Shown piece by piece: positions 7,600 to 17,811 of a stretch of DNA of 32,000 nucleotides (its first letter is position 1; each line of letters begins with the position of its first letter). Made by a program: the position numbers and the translations under genes. The notes under the pieces are model-generated. The model searched no databases. It saw only the letters and a program-made list of their open reading frames with translations, and was not told the DNA's origin. The stretch comes from Microcystis aeruginosa NIES-2549 (GTDB lineage: Bacteria > Cyanobacteriota > Cyanobacteriia > Cyanobacteriales > Microcystaceae), in assembly GCF_000981785.2 (NCBI RefSeq), contig NZ_CP011304.1:1800001-1832000 (forward strand), read 5' to 3'.

Positions 7600-8331
7600 A
7601 TGTTACCAAACCGAGAAGGACAGAGAGTTCCTGATGTCACCTTTCCCGTGCGTCAAAATAATCAATGGGTGAACATCACCAGCGAGGAATTATTCAAAGG
7701 AAAAACCGTTGTTCTTTTTGCCTTACCCGGGGCATTCACTCCCACCTGTTCCACCTCCCATTTACCCGGATATAACGAATTAGCCCCAGTTTTTCGGGAA
7801 AATGGCGTAGATACTATTGTTTGCTTGTCGGTGAATGATACCTTTGTCATGAACGAGTGGGCAAAAGACCAAGAATGTGATAATGTCGTCTTGATTCCCG
7901 ACGGCAACGGCGAATTTAGCGCAGGAATGGGGATGTTAGTCGATAAAGCTGACTTAGGTTTCGGTAAACGTTCTTGGCGCTATTCGATGCTAGTCAAAGA
8001 TGGTGTTATCGAGAAAATGTTCATCGAACCGGAAGAACCGGGAGATCCTTTCAAAGTCTCCGATGCAGAAACGATGTTACACTACATCAACCCAGAAGCC
8101 AAAAAACCGCCTTTAGTCTCTCTTTTCTCGAAAGTGGGCTGTCCCTACTGCCTCCGGGCTAAGAAAATGTTAGAAGAAAAAGGCCTACAATACGAAGAAA
8201 TTATCCTCGGACGCGATGCCACCAGTCGTTCTCTGCGGGCCATGAGTGGTAATACCACCACCCCACAAGTCTTCATTGACGGCCAATTAATTGGCGGTTC
8301 GGAAGAATTAGCGGCTTATTTAGGAGCATAA
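7600..8331 (+). CDS. Hybrid peroxiredoxin (Prx5-type) with a C-terminal glutaredoxin domain
   Basis: N-terminal [11 protein letters not shown] peroxidatic-Cys motif and C-terminal CPYC glutaredoxin motif with [17 protein letters not shown] at 7600 follows AGGAG. Confidence 0.85.
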   Translation: MLPNREGQRVPDVTFPVRQNNQWVNITSEELFKGKTVVLFALPGAFTPTCSTSHLPGYNELAPVFRENGVDTIVCLSVNDTFVMNEWAKDQECDNVVLIPDGNGEFSAGMGMLVDKADLGFGKRSWRYSMLVKDGVIEKMFIEPEEPGDPFKVSDAETMLHYINPEAKKPPLVSLFSKVGCPYCLRAKKMLEEKGLQYEEIILGRDATSRSLRAMSGNTTTPQVFIDGQLIGGSEELAAYLGA

Positions 8332-8544
8332 TTTGTCAGCTATCAGCTATCAGCCTCTGATTTTCCAATTAATTAGCCATTTTTCTAGTTATCCACACTA
8401 CTATGCAGCTGAAGGCTGACGGGGATGTTAATCAATTCTGAAAGGGGATGTGTATAACTTGAGCTTAATTGTAGGATCAAAATCAGTCCCTTATGCACCC
8501 ACAAGAATTATCGAGTATTTGTTAACTCATCAAGGAGAAAGATT

Positions 8545-9078
8545 ATGGTAGCCACTCCAGTCAAAACCAAAACCACGGGACAATACTACTCCACCCGCAT
8601 CGATTTAGCATTAGATATCCGCAAAGCTATTGTTGAAATCTTAAGCCAAACCCTTGCCGCTAGTTTAGACCTAAAAACTCAGGTTAAACAGGCCCACTGG
8701 AATGTAAAAGGTTTAAATTTCTACCAATTGCACAGCCTCTTTGACGAAATGGCCACGGAATTAGAAGGCTATGGGGACATGGTAGCAGAACGGATTACCG
8801 CTTTAGGTGGAACCGCTTTGGGAACAGCACGCATCGCCGCCGCTAACTCGATTCTGCCGGAATATCCGGCTGATATCGTCGATGGTAGTGAACATCTCGT
8901 TGCTTTAGCCGAACGTTATGCCTTATACGCTTCCCATCTTCGTTCTGCTATTGATAGCACTGGCAATCAAGGGGATGCCGACACAGCAGATCTCTATACG
9001 GAAATCTCCCGGGATATCGATAAACGTCTCTGGTTCCTAGAAGCGCATCTGATTAAATCGGAAGATGTTATCGGTTAA
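8545..9078 (+). CDS. dps: Dps-family DNA-protection/ferritin-like protein
   Basis: HWNVKGLNFYQLHSLFDEMA ferroxidase-site region; the length of 177 aa fits the family. Confidence 0.85.
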   Translation: MVATPVKTKTTGQYYSTRIDLALDIRKAIVEILSQTLAASLDLKTQVKQAHWNVKGLNFYQLHSLFDEMATELEGYGDMVAERITALGGTALGTARIAAANSILPEYPADIVDGSEHLVALAERYALYASHLRSAIDSTGNQGDADTADLYTEISRDIDKRLWFLEAHLIKSEDVIG

Positions 9079-9095
9079 TTTATAGATAAATTTGG

Positions 9096-9121
9096 GGTGT
9101 GTTAACGTAGCTTAATACACC
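9096..9121. terminator. Hairpin between convergent dps and the pseudokinase gene
   Basis: GGTGTGTTAA-cgtagc-TTAATACACC (9/10 pairing), located between the stops at 9078 (+) and 9122 (-). Confidence 0.4.
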
Positions 9122-10420
9122 TTAAATTCTCGTAATCGGTAAACGTAGCCAATCACTTAACTGCTGTGCCAACCAATCTAATTCGGCTTCGCTAACATCT
9201 TCACTGGCAGTGATAATATATTCTCGATGGTTGGCAACGAGAACCAGAGAAGGAGGAATAATATTAACATTTTCTCCCTGCATAGTGACAGTGACATTGC
9301 GACGAATGAGACTATAAATTTCCCAACTAGCGGCATCGGCAGTTAGTTTAAATTTCAGCCCCCAGAGTTTTTGATAGAGAGAAACTTTTTTGGGGGTAAT
9401 TTTTAACTCTAGTTCCCCCTGCCAAAAAGATTTCCATAACTGCCAAGATAAACTAGAGGAGATTAAATTGAGCAGAAAAATTAGGATAATCGGGATTAAA
9501 AAAGCGACCAGTTTCAGATCATAAATACCGACTATAGTTAAGAGAATGATCGTAAAAAATAGGGATGGTAAAAACTGTCTTAACTGGGTTTTGAGATTGT
9601 TGAAAAACTTTTGTTTGGTTTTACTAGCTATTTTTATTTCTAGGAGATTATCTGTTTTATAAACAGTAACTTCGCTGCCGTAGGGTTTGGTCAGATTACC
9701 AATAGATACTAAGATCAATTGACAACTATATAAGCTGGCTAAAGCTTCTGTCACCGAACGAAAATGAGAGTCGGGGTGGGAGTTTGATAATCTTTTTAAC
9801 CAATAGATGAAAAAAGCGCTTAGATTAGTTTTTTGCTCAAAGTTTTCGGGTATGTAACGATGCTTAATCCCCGTGGCTAAACTGATCAAAGTTTTGCCTA
9901 TATCCTGTAAGTCGGTGGTGGGAGAATCGGAATCAAAGGCAAAATCAACTAGATAAAAACGATGGGACTGGGTATCCAAGAGGATATTACTAAGTTTAAT
10001 ATTGCCGTGGTTAATGGGGAAATCCTGCTGATGGAGATAGGAGAGAATCTCCAAAAGATATTTGGCAATTTGTTTGAGATCTTGTTCTGCTAATAAATAA
10101 CTGGAGTTAAGATAGTTTTCTAAAGGCTGCGCCGATAAATAAGGTCGGACAATAGCGATGATTTGTTCCTGGGATGAATCTATCTCAAAGCTATCGAGGT
10201 ATTTGGGGAGAGATGGGTGAGAGAGTTGTCGCAACAGGGCAATTTTACTGGTTATTTCTCCGATAAACTGATTTCCTTGCCCCCTAGGAACAGAAATAAG
10301 TTTAATGATAACTAACTGGGTGGTGTGTCTGTCCCTCGCTAAGATTGTTTTTTTTCCCAGTAACTGTTGGACTTGATAACGACTATGGAGAACTTGATCG
10401 AGCATGGGCGAGGATAGCAT
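9122..10420 (-). CDS. Membrane-anchored protein with a degenerate Ser/Thr-kinase-like N-terminal domain (predicted pseudokinase)
   Basis: Kinase-like fold with HGNIKLSNILLD in place of HRDxKxxN and DFA in place of DFG. There is no glycine-rich loop (LGKKTILARD). Two hydrophobic helices (LPSLFFTIILLTIVGIY, LVAFLIPIILIFLLNLI) are followed by a roughly 110-aa C-terminal domain. Confidence 0.7.
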   Translation of the reverse strand: MLSSPMLDQVLHSRYQVQQLLGKKTILARDRHTTQLVIIKLISVPRGQGNQFIGEITSKIALLRQLSHPSLPKYLDSFEIDSSQEQIIAIVRPYLSAQPLENYLNSSYLLAEQDLKQIAKYLLEILSYLHQQDFPINHGNIKLSNILLDTQSHRFYLVDFAFDSDSPTTDLQDIGKTLISLATGIKHRYIPENFEQKTNLSAFFIYWLKRLSNSHPDSHFRSVTEALASLYSCQLILVSIGNLTKPYGSEVTVYKTDNLLEIKIASKTKQKFFNNLKTQLRQFLPSLFFTIILLTIVGIYDLKLVAFLIPIILIFLLNLISSSLSWQLWKSFWQGELELKITPKKVSLYQKLWGLKFKLTADAASWEIYSLIRRNVTVTMQGENVNIIPPSLVLVANHREYIITASEDVSEAELDWLAQQLSDWLRLPITRI

Positions 10421-11017
10421 AAGTAGTACCTCTAGGATAGCTCACTCTGGAAACTCTATCCGCCATCTTTAGCATCCTTTTAATATTTTAACAATTGATT
10501 AAAAATTCCCGTCTTGCCTAGAAAGAATTGCTATAGTAGTCCTATTTAAGTTATACTTCGCACCTTCACAACTTAAACTTTTCCTTGTTAATATAGTTTC
10601 TCTATTTCCCGCCTTATTCGCCTAATCTTAATTTAATTGAAAGGCTGTGTAAATTCGTTAAAAATAAATGCTTATATGCCAAATATTATGAAAACTTTTC
10701 CGAGTTTTTTTCTGCTATTTATGGATGTCTGAATGATGCCTATTTGAAACATAAAAATGAACTGGATTCCTTGCTCACTCTAGGATTTCAGAAGTTTAAT
10801 AAATCTCAGATTATGACCATCCAAAGCATAGACAACCAAAAAACTGGTGGTCTTATCTTTGCTGTCACGACAAGGTAAATGCCTACTGATGGACAGGAGA
10901 CAATTCTTGCTCTTGCAGAAGCGGAGGCATCGAGATTAGTGACAGCCGCCGCAGAGGCAATTGTGGCACCTGTATTGCCTGTCCTTTGGCTCAAGCGACT
11001 ATGCTAAAATCGGTCAA

Positions 11018-11203
11018 CTAGAAATGACGAGAAACGATTTTTTCAATAGTCGCTTGGGTATCCTGCAGCAGTTTCTCGCGACTATCTCTAGTATTAGTCA
11101 GACTAGGCACGAGATTACGAGCTTGTAAAGCCATGTGAAGTTGTAGTTGAGCCACATACTCGCGGATATCTTCGCGGGTTTCCGATTGGTTAGGATGAAA
11201 CAT
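11018..11203 (-). CDS. Small hypothetical protein, 61 aa
   Basis: ORF only. The composition is plausible and no family is recognised. Confidence 0.3.
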   Translation of the reverse strand: MFHPNQSETREDIREYVAQLQLHMALQARNLVPSLTNTRDSREKLLQDTQATIEKIVSRHF

Positions 11204-11479
11204 AGAGAAACTGGAAGGGTCTGTCTAGCTGATGGGGTCTTGTCGGTAACTCCTATACAAGTTATCACGAGAGCTTAGGTTCCCGTCAAGGGTTGGCTCA
11301 AACTCTACACATTTCTCAACACAACTTATAACAGTCATCTTAATGGTGAGGTATAAAGTTTTCGTTTTGGGGAGCCAGTCGCCAGTCGTCGATACCAAAT
11401 TCTAGACTTCCCCGTTGACAAAAGGCCATAACCTGTGCTGTGTCAGGGATTAAGAGAATTTCCGCCGCCCCTTTACTGG

Positions 11480-11875
11480 CTACAAATCAGGGAACCCCCT
11501 AATAAATCTAACGCATGATTGTTGCAGTTCAGTCGGTCGAGTTATCTTAGAAAAACGATAACTTCCCTCCCCAATCGTACATTCTACTGTATTCAAGCAA
11601 ATCGTCCCTAATTCCTCCAATAAACTCCGAAAACTATGCACAGGGAGGTTCTCTTGCTTCCGTTTTTTTCTCTCTTTAGACTGAGCGGATTGACTGGGAT
11701 TCGCTTTAATCACATTTAGGGAACTCTCATCAATTTCTTCATCCTCAAATAATCAAGGATCTAAGGACTGTTTTAAATGCCATTCCACATAATAAGCCAA
11801 CATACATAAAAAGATATGAGCCTTGACTCTATCTCCCTGATAATGATAGATAGGACGTACCTTTAAATCAATTGA
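11480..11875 (-). pseudogene. C-terminal remnant of an IS4-superfamily (IS1634-like) transposase
   Basis: Minus-strand translation IDLKVRPIYHYQGDRVKAHIFLCMLAYYVEWHLKQSLDP*LFEDEE... has an in-frame TGA (plus-strand TCA at 11753-11755). The N-terminal DDE portion is absent. Confidence 0.6.
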
Positions 11876-12243
11876 CGGGGATTTTTAACTGATTATTCTA
11901 TCTAAACCTAATTTTTTAATCCTCCTCGGTAAGAATCTGGTCGAAGAACAGCAGCAGGAGAATTACGGTTAAGAACTTTTTCTATATACATGGCTATCAT
12001 TTTAGCAAATGGAGAGAATTTTTGTCTATTAAGAAATATCACAATAAACATGGGACATTAAGAAAAGTCAATGGGTGTATCCATTGATGGATAAGGGGTT
12101 TCGTCTATTGTAATATATGTGTATGGGGGAAGTTCAGTTATAAATACTGTCTAAAGATGAAAATTTAACAGCAATGATTGTATCTATGGGTTTTATCTGA
12201 ATTATTTTTCATTTTTTTGTTTCTACTTTGTGATTAATTCAAC

Positions 12244-14061
12244 TTATCTACGAACTAAATTTTTAAGAGTTCTAGGGTTAGCTATTTTCCATGTTCCCTC
12301 GTCATTTTCAAGATTATAGCGAACTAATAAGGTACTTAAACCACTATTTTTTTGATCAATTTTACCCTGATTGTTATAGAGGGTTCTTTCTTCAGTAACC
12401 ACCACATCCACTGTAGCTTGATCGCCAGAGGATGTAAAATTATTAACTGAATCTATTCTCTGAACTCCATAGATATAATAAGCACTATTATTAGCTAACC
12501 ATTCGGAAGAACTTTCTTGACCATCAGAGCTTTTTATTTTGTCATTATAAGCTTTACCTGTAAGTAATTCTTCTCCTAAATAGGTTTGATAGGAAGGACC
12601 AAAAATATCTCTTTTTGCCTTTAACCAGCGCTCGATTAAATCCACCGCTTCTGAACGAGAAATAGAGTTAACTGTCTGTTGAGGAACAGGTGAATAGACG
12701 GTTTCAGGACTGGGAGAATAGACAGTTTCAGGACTAGGTGAGGTATCGATGACACCTTGGGTAATTTTAACTTGATTAAAGTATTTAATTAGTTGCCTTT
12801 GTAAATCTTGAGCGCGATTTAAGTCACTAAAAGTTGCTACCTGAATATTACCATCATTAACAAAAGCATCGCGACAAAAGTTATTTTTAACTCTCTCTAA
12901 ACTATCCTCATCAGTTACTACAACTTTATAGTAAGTATCGGTGATATTCTCATCCCCACAGACAGATTTAGGAAACTCATTATTGATGGTAATATCTGAG
13001 TCTTGATTCTCTGGGGAAGGTGACGGAGAAATTGACTCATCTCCAGAAGAATTTGAGAGATAATAACTTAAGACAAAACCACCTAAAATGCCAGTACCGA
13101 TCATACTCCCTATAATTATTGCTTTCACCCATTCAGGTAAAGTGCGGGGATTAGAAACAGGTTTTGAAGTTACAGGAGAAATTACCTGAGTAGGAGTGGG
13201 AGGAGTGGGGATAACGATATTTGTTGCTACAATTGATGGGGGAGTTTGTAGCACCTCCAACATCTCTTTTGCAGTTAAATAACGTTCGTTAGAGCGCGGT
13301 GAAATAGTTTTATCTAGCACGGCTGCTAAACTGATATTAGTATCTAAAGCGAACTGCCGCCAATAAATTTTTCCTGTCATCGGATCGCTCTCTAACATTT
13401 CAGGAGTTTTGCCAGTTAGTAGATAAATAGCCGTCAATCCTAAAGCGTAGAGATCACTACTATAAACCGGACGACCGATCGCTTGTTCTGATGGCATAAA
13501 ACCTGGAGTACCGATAACAATAGAATTAAGAGAATGGCCCGAATTAGAAACCACTGTTCCCATAGTTTCTTTAACCGCACCGAAATCAATTAGGATCGGT
13601 AAATTATCATAAATCCGTAGAATGATATTATCGGGTTTTATATCTCGATGGATAATTTTTTGTCCGTGAACATAAATTAAAACCTGTAGAATACTAACTA
13701 AAATCTCTTTGACTTGATCATCGCTAAAAACTCCTTTACTCTGTATTCTTTGGCTGAGAGTTTCTCCCTCGATAAATTCCTCGACTAAATAAAATTGATT
13801 ATTTTCCTCAAAATAAGCGTATAGTTTGGGAATTTGAGGACTATTTTCGCTCAATTTTTCCAGGATAGCGGCTTCTCGCTCAAACCTTTCTTTGACAAGA
13901 TTGTGAACCTGGGGATTATCATTAATCGGTTTTAGCTGTTTAATCAGACAGAGACGTTTTGAAGGCATTTGGCTATCTTCTGCCAAAAAAGTCTCTCCGA
14001 AACCACCATCGGCAATTAATCGCAAGACTTTGTAACGATTTTGTAGAATTAAATCCGTCAT
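12244..14061 (-). CDS. Ser/Thr protein kinase with one TM helix and a C-terminal ARC6/DUF4101-like domain
   Basis: Canonical motifs GGFGETFLA, HRDIKPDNIIL, DFG and PGFMPSEQ. It has a Pro/Ser/Thr linker, a TM helix (AIIIGSMIGTGILGGFVL) and a tandem SPSPETVY repeat. Confidence 0.85.
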   Translation of the reverse strand: MTDLILQNRYKVLRLIADGGFGETFLAEDSQMPSKRLCLIKQLKPINDNPQVHNLVKERFEREAAILEKLSENSPQIPKLYAYFEENNQFYLVEEFIEGETLSQRIQSKGVFSDDQVKEILVSILQVLIYVHGQKIIHRDIKPDNIILRIYDNLPILIDFGAVKETMGTVVSNSGHSLNSIVIGTPGFMPSEQAIGRPVYSSDLYALGLTAIYLLTGKTPEMLESDPMTGKIYWRQFALDTNISLAAVLDKTISPRSNERYLTAKEMLEVLQTPPSIVATNIVIPTPPTPTQVISPVTSKPVSNPRTLPEWVKAIIIGSMIGTGILGGFVLSYYLSNSSGDESISPSPSPENQDSDITINNEFPKSVCGDENITDTYYKVVVTDEDSLERVKNNFCRDAFVNDGNIQVATFSDLNRAQDLQRQLIKYFNQVKITQGVIDTSPSPETVYSPSPETVYSPVPQQTVNSISRSEAVDLIERWLKAKRDIFGPSYQTYLGEELLTGKAYNDKIKSSDGQESSSEWLANNSAYYIYGVQRIDSVNNFTSSGDQATVDVVVTEERTLYNNQGKIDQKNSGLSTLLVRYNLENDEGTWKIANPRTLKNLVRR

Positions 14062-14560
14062 GGGGAAATATTACTGTTTACTTAACAATCTCCACCGATA
14101 ACTAATAACTGAGGTGATGGCAGGGCAAATCAGATAAAGAGGGTATTTAATTGACCATTTATGTGGATAATCTAAATCCATCTGAACCACAAATGTTGCA
14201 TCCTGTAATAAAATTTAATATTTAGCAGTAGAAACATCCTATCGTGACAACATTTGTTAACATTTTATGACTTTATCTATCCAGTGTAAAAAGCTGATTT
14301 CTTGACACACATAAGCTAGAAGATAGCGCGTGATAAGCGATTGATAAAGCATAGATTTGAATGCCGATTTTCTTGAGATTTTTTGTGATTAGGACACTAG
14401 CAATAATCTAGGGTTCGTCCCAGGCACTTTTTGCTTTTTTTTGAAAACAGTTTAATCTTAATTGCGATGGGTTACGTTATGGTGACACATTTTACACTGT
14501 TGATTGATAGCGATCAACACTGGGAAACCATTATTAAAATGCGATCGCTTGGAACTTTTC

Positions 14561-15343
14561 CTATTCCCTTTGAGTTGCTTGTCTAACCTGTTCAATCTCT
14601 AATTCTAAAGCTTGTGCTATCTGTTCCAAGTTTAATCCTAAGACCAATAAACGAGGAATAGAGGCTAATTTTGCCGCTAATTCGCCTTCTTGTCGGCCTT
14701 CCTCTAAAGCTTCCTGATACACTTTAGTTTGTTTTAAATCACTTAAACTAAACATCGCTTCTATCTCCTTTCTACTGACTTGGGGTAACTTATAAACCAA
14801 AATTGTCTCTATCAATTCTAAAAGTTCTTGCTGTTGTTTGAACTTAGGGAATTCTTGTCTAATCCGTGGAATTAATTGTTTTCCTTGCTCGATCGCTCTG
14901 GCGGTTGGTGCTACAATTAATTGTAACATCGATATACCCAGGGATTCCCCTTCCCTTAATTCCTCGAGATAAAAACGTAAAATCCTGCCGGAGTTGATTA
15001 ACTCCCCATAACGAGCAGTCTCTACGCTTTCCACTGAACGCCGAGGATAAATAACTACTCCCTGCCAGTTGTTGCTTAAGTCCGTTTGGTGGAGATAGAG
15101 GAAGATTTCACTGAAGAAACGGGAATAAAACCTATTATCTTTCTGAAATTGTACTTCTAGGAAATAAATAGGCTGATTGTTTGTATCAGGCAAAAAGACT
15201 CCATCGAGACGAAAGGACAATTGTTTAACTTCCACCGAGGAGAATTGATAAGAATTGGCGGTTTCGGGGGGAAGGTTCAACAAATCAAAGAAACAAGCGG
15301 GAAATCTTTGTAAGAGTTGATAGAAAATACTGTCAGTTTTCAC
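14561..15343 (-). CDS. Rpn-family recombination-promoting nuclease / putative transposase (PD-(D/E)xK, DUF4351-type C-terminus)
   Basis: N-terminus MKTDSIFYQLLQRFPACFFDLL, the core FLEVQFQKD, and a C-terminal helical QEGRQEGE...LLVLGL region, as in the multi-copy cyanobacterial family. Confidence 0.7.
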   Translation of the reverse strand: MKTDSIFYQLLQRFPACFFDLLNLPPETANSYQFSSVEVKQLSFRLDGVFLPDTNNQPIYFLEVQFQKDNRFYSRFFSEIFLYLHQTDLSNNWQGVVIYPRRSVESVETARYGELINSGRILRFYLEELREGESLGISMLQLIVAPTARAIEQGKQLIPRIRQEFPKFKQQQELLELIETILVYKLPQVSRKEIEAMFSLSDLKQTKVYQEALEEGRQEGELAAKLASIPRLLVLGLNLEQIAQALELEIEQVRQATQRE

Positions 15344-15548
15344 GCAATTAAACTCAAAAAGAGGCCTCTAGTTTAGCAGAAGTTTTTTATTGTGTTCTTC
15401 AGGAAGCTCCTGTTTTTGAGCAATTGGGATGACGAAGTAAAAGCTTTTTCGGTAACTTATCCCCAATTAAAAGAAAGCTTGAGAAATTTTCATTGTTGCC
15501 GAGTTTTACTTGATGGCTACCGGCAAAAGATAGCCACCGGCAATTGTA

Positions 15549-17000
15549 TCAATTTGTAAAAGATGGTTGACGTTTGTGCCAATCGGTGGCCTGTTCGTAG
15601 GCGTGGGCGACGTGAAATAATTGATCTTCGCGCAGCACATTACCGACTAATTGTAAACCGATCGGCAAACCTTGCCCATCAAAACCGCAGGGAAGACTTA
15701 ACCCGGGTAAACCGGCTAAATTGACGGGAATAGTCATTAAATCCGATAAATACATACTCAGAGGGTCCGCCGTTTTTTCCCCAGCTTTAAAAGCTGTGGT
15801 CGGTGAAGTGGGAGAAACTAACACATCTACCGATTGAAAAGCTCGCTCAAAATCCTCTTTGATCAAAGTCCTGACTTTTTGTGCTTTCAGGTAATAAGCA
15901 TCATAATAACCCGCCGAGAGGGTATAGGTTCCCAACATAATCCGGCGCTTAACTTCCGCACCAAAACCCTGAGCGCGAGTCTTAGTGTACATATCAATCA
16001 AACTATCGGCATCTTCCCGAATACCGTATTTAACCCCATCGTAGCGGGCTAAATTCGCCGATGCTTCCGAGGGGGCGATAATGTAGTAGGTGGGCAATCC
16101 GTAACGGAAACGGGGACAGGAAATCTCTTTAATTGTGGCACCGAGGGCCTTTAACTGTTCTAAAGCTTGATTAACTGCCTCAGCAACCACCTGATCCAAA
16201 CCTTCCCCGAAAGTTTCCTTAATTACGCCAATTTTGAGCCCTTTTAAACTGGTTTTCAGGAATTGGCTATAGTCGGGAATCGGCAGATTGAGACTGGTAG
16301 AATCTTGGGGATCGTAACCTGCGATCGCTTGTAATAAAATCGCCGCATCTTCTACGGTACGACCAAAGGGACCGATCTGATCGAGAGAAGAAGCGTAAGC
16401 CACTAAACCAAAGCGAGAAACTAAGCCATAGGTCGGTTTTAGCCCGACAACGCCACAAAATGAAGCCGGTTGACGAATTGACCCCCCGGTATCCGATCCT
16501 AGGGCCACCACGCATTCTTGAGCGGCCACAGCCGCAGCCGAACCCCCCGAAGATCCCCCCGGCACCCGGGATAAGTCCCAAGGATTAGCAGTAACGTGAT
16601 AACCGGAGTTTTCGGTGGAACTCCCCATGGCAAACTCGTCTAAATTGGTTTTACCGACGATAACTGCCCCTAAATCTCGTAATTTTTGGGTAACGGTGGA
16701 CTCGTAGGGGGGGACAAAATTCTCTAAAATCCGGGAAGCGCAGGTGGTGGGGATACCCTTGGTGCAGAGATTATCTTTTAGTGCGATGGGAATACCTGCT
16801 AACAGATGCAGAGATTCACCTCTGGCGATTTTCTCGTCCACTTTTCGGGCTTGTGCGAGGGCTAAATCTGGGGTTAAATGGAGAAAGCTTTTTACTTGTG
16901 GTTCGAGCGCTTCAATACGAGCGAGAAATTCTGTGGCGATTTCGACGGCCGTTTTTTCTTTATTGACGAGTTGTTGATGCAGTTGACGAATCGAAGTCAT
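15549..17000 (-). CDS. gatA: Glutamyl-tRNA(Gln)/aspartyl-tRNA(Asn) amidotransferase subunit A
   Basis: Amidase signature [13 protein letters not shown]...[12 protein letters not shown]; length 483 aa. Confidence 0.92.
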   Translation of the reverse strand: MTSIRQLHQQLVNKEKTAVEIATEFLARIEALEPQVKSFLHLTPDLALAQARKVDEKIARGESLHLLAGIPIALKDNLCTKGIPTTCASRILENFVPPYESTVTQKLRDLGAVIVGKTNLDEFAMGSSTENSGYHVTANPWDLSRVPGGSSGGSAAAVAAQECVVALGSDTGGSIRQPASFCGVVGLKPTYGLVSRFGLVAYASSLDQIGPFGRTVEDAAILLQAIAGYDPQDSTSLNLPIPDYSQFLKTSLKGLKIGVIKETFGEGLDQVVAEAVNQALEQLKALGATIKEISCPRFRYGLPTYYIIAPSEASANLARYDGVKYGIREDADSLIDMYTKTRAQGFGAEVKRRIMLGTYTLSAGYYDAYYLKAQKVRTLIKEDFERAFQSVDVLVSPTSPTTAFKAGEKTADPLSMYLSDLMTIPVNLAGLPGLSLPCGFDGQGLPIGLQLVGNVLREDQLFHVAHAYEQATDWHKRQPSFTN

Positions 17001-17396
17001 GTTCAGTTACCGGTTACAACTACCGTCAGGAGCAAGCAACAACCCCAGACAGCAAAGACTATTTTAGCGTCAGTTTGGCTGTCGGTCAGCTAATCCCCTA
17101 AAATTAAGGGAATGCCTGGGAGGAAAACTAGAGTTATGACTTTTAATATCCGACAATTAGATAATTTAGACTACACACCTTGATCGAGTTTGGCTATCTC
17201 TATCAAGGTTATACCCTTACTACCATGACTAAGGCAGATGTGCAAATCTTCATGGAAAAGATTTTACCGCTCTCGATCGAGTTTGCCCACTAGACTCTAG
17301 TGACCTCTCCAGTTAAACTATAGTAGTCAATAGTTATAAAGTTTTAAACGATCACCTATTGTCAGCCTTTTTAACTGGTCACTTTATTACCTACCT

Positions 17397-17759
17397 ATGT
17401 TAGACAGTTTCTCCCCCCAAACCTCTAGCGTCGTCCTCGCTTCGGTGGCGGACTATTTCAAAGTCCTGTCGGAAGTCAGTCGCCTACAGATTCTCAGTTG
17501 CTTGCAATTAGGCGCGATGAATGGTAAAGAAATCGCTGAAGCTACCGGACTAGGCCAAGCCAATCTCTCCAAACACCTGAAAGCTTTAACCCAAGCGGGA
17601 ATTATCTCGCGGCAACCCCAAGGAGTCAGCGTTTACTATCAAATTACCGACCCTGTGATCTATGATCTCTGTCAGGTAGTTTGCGATCGCATTAGTCAGC
17701 AAATGCGTCAACGGGCCCGGGAATTCGAGAGTCTGCCGGCTTTCCATCTCCCTAAATAA
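17397..17759 (+). CDS. ArsR/SmtB-family winged-helix transcriptional regulator
   Basis: FKVLSEVSRLQILSCL...GKEIAEATGLGQANLSKHLKALTQAGIISRQPQG helix-turn-helix pattern. Confidence 0.8.
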   Translation: MLDSFSPQTSSVVLASVADYFKVLSEVSRLQILSCLQLGAMNGKEIAEATGLGQANLSKHLKALTQAGIISRQPQGVSVYYQITDPVIYDLCQVVCDRISQQMRQRAREFESLPAFHLPK

Positions 17760-17811
17760 AAATTACCAAACCCTTGACATTTTGCGTCAATTATGATAAG
17801 GAAAAATTTCC

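Noticed and set aside
10806-10994. 62-aa minus-strand ORF in the IS-debris region
   Set aside because: The translation is Ala/Ser-rich and low-complexity. The opposite strand carries a more gene-like, though interrupted, reading frame. Neither can be supported as a functional gene.
15834-17093. Several 60-104-aa ORFs on both strands within and next to gatA (15834-16052, 16267-16581, 16744-17093)
   Set aside because: They are shadow or out-of-frame ORFs inside a highly conserved gene, and their Arg/Gly/Ser-rich composition is what such ORFs typically show.
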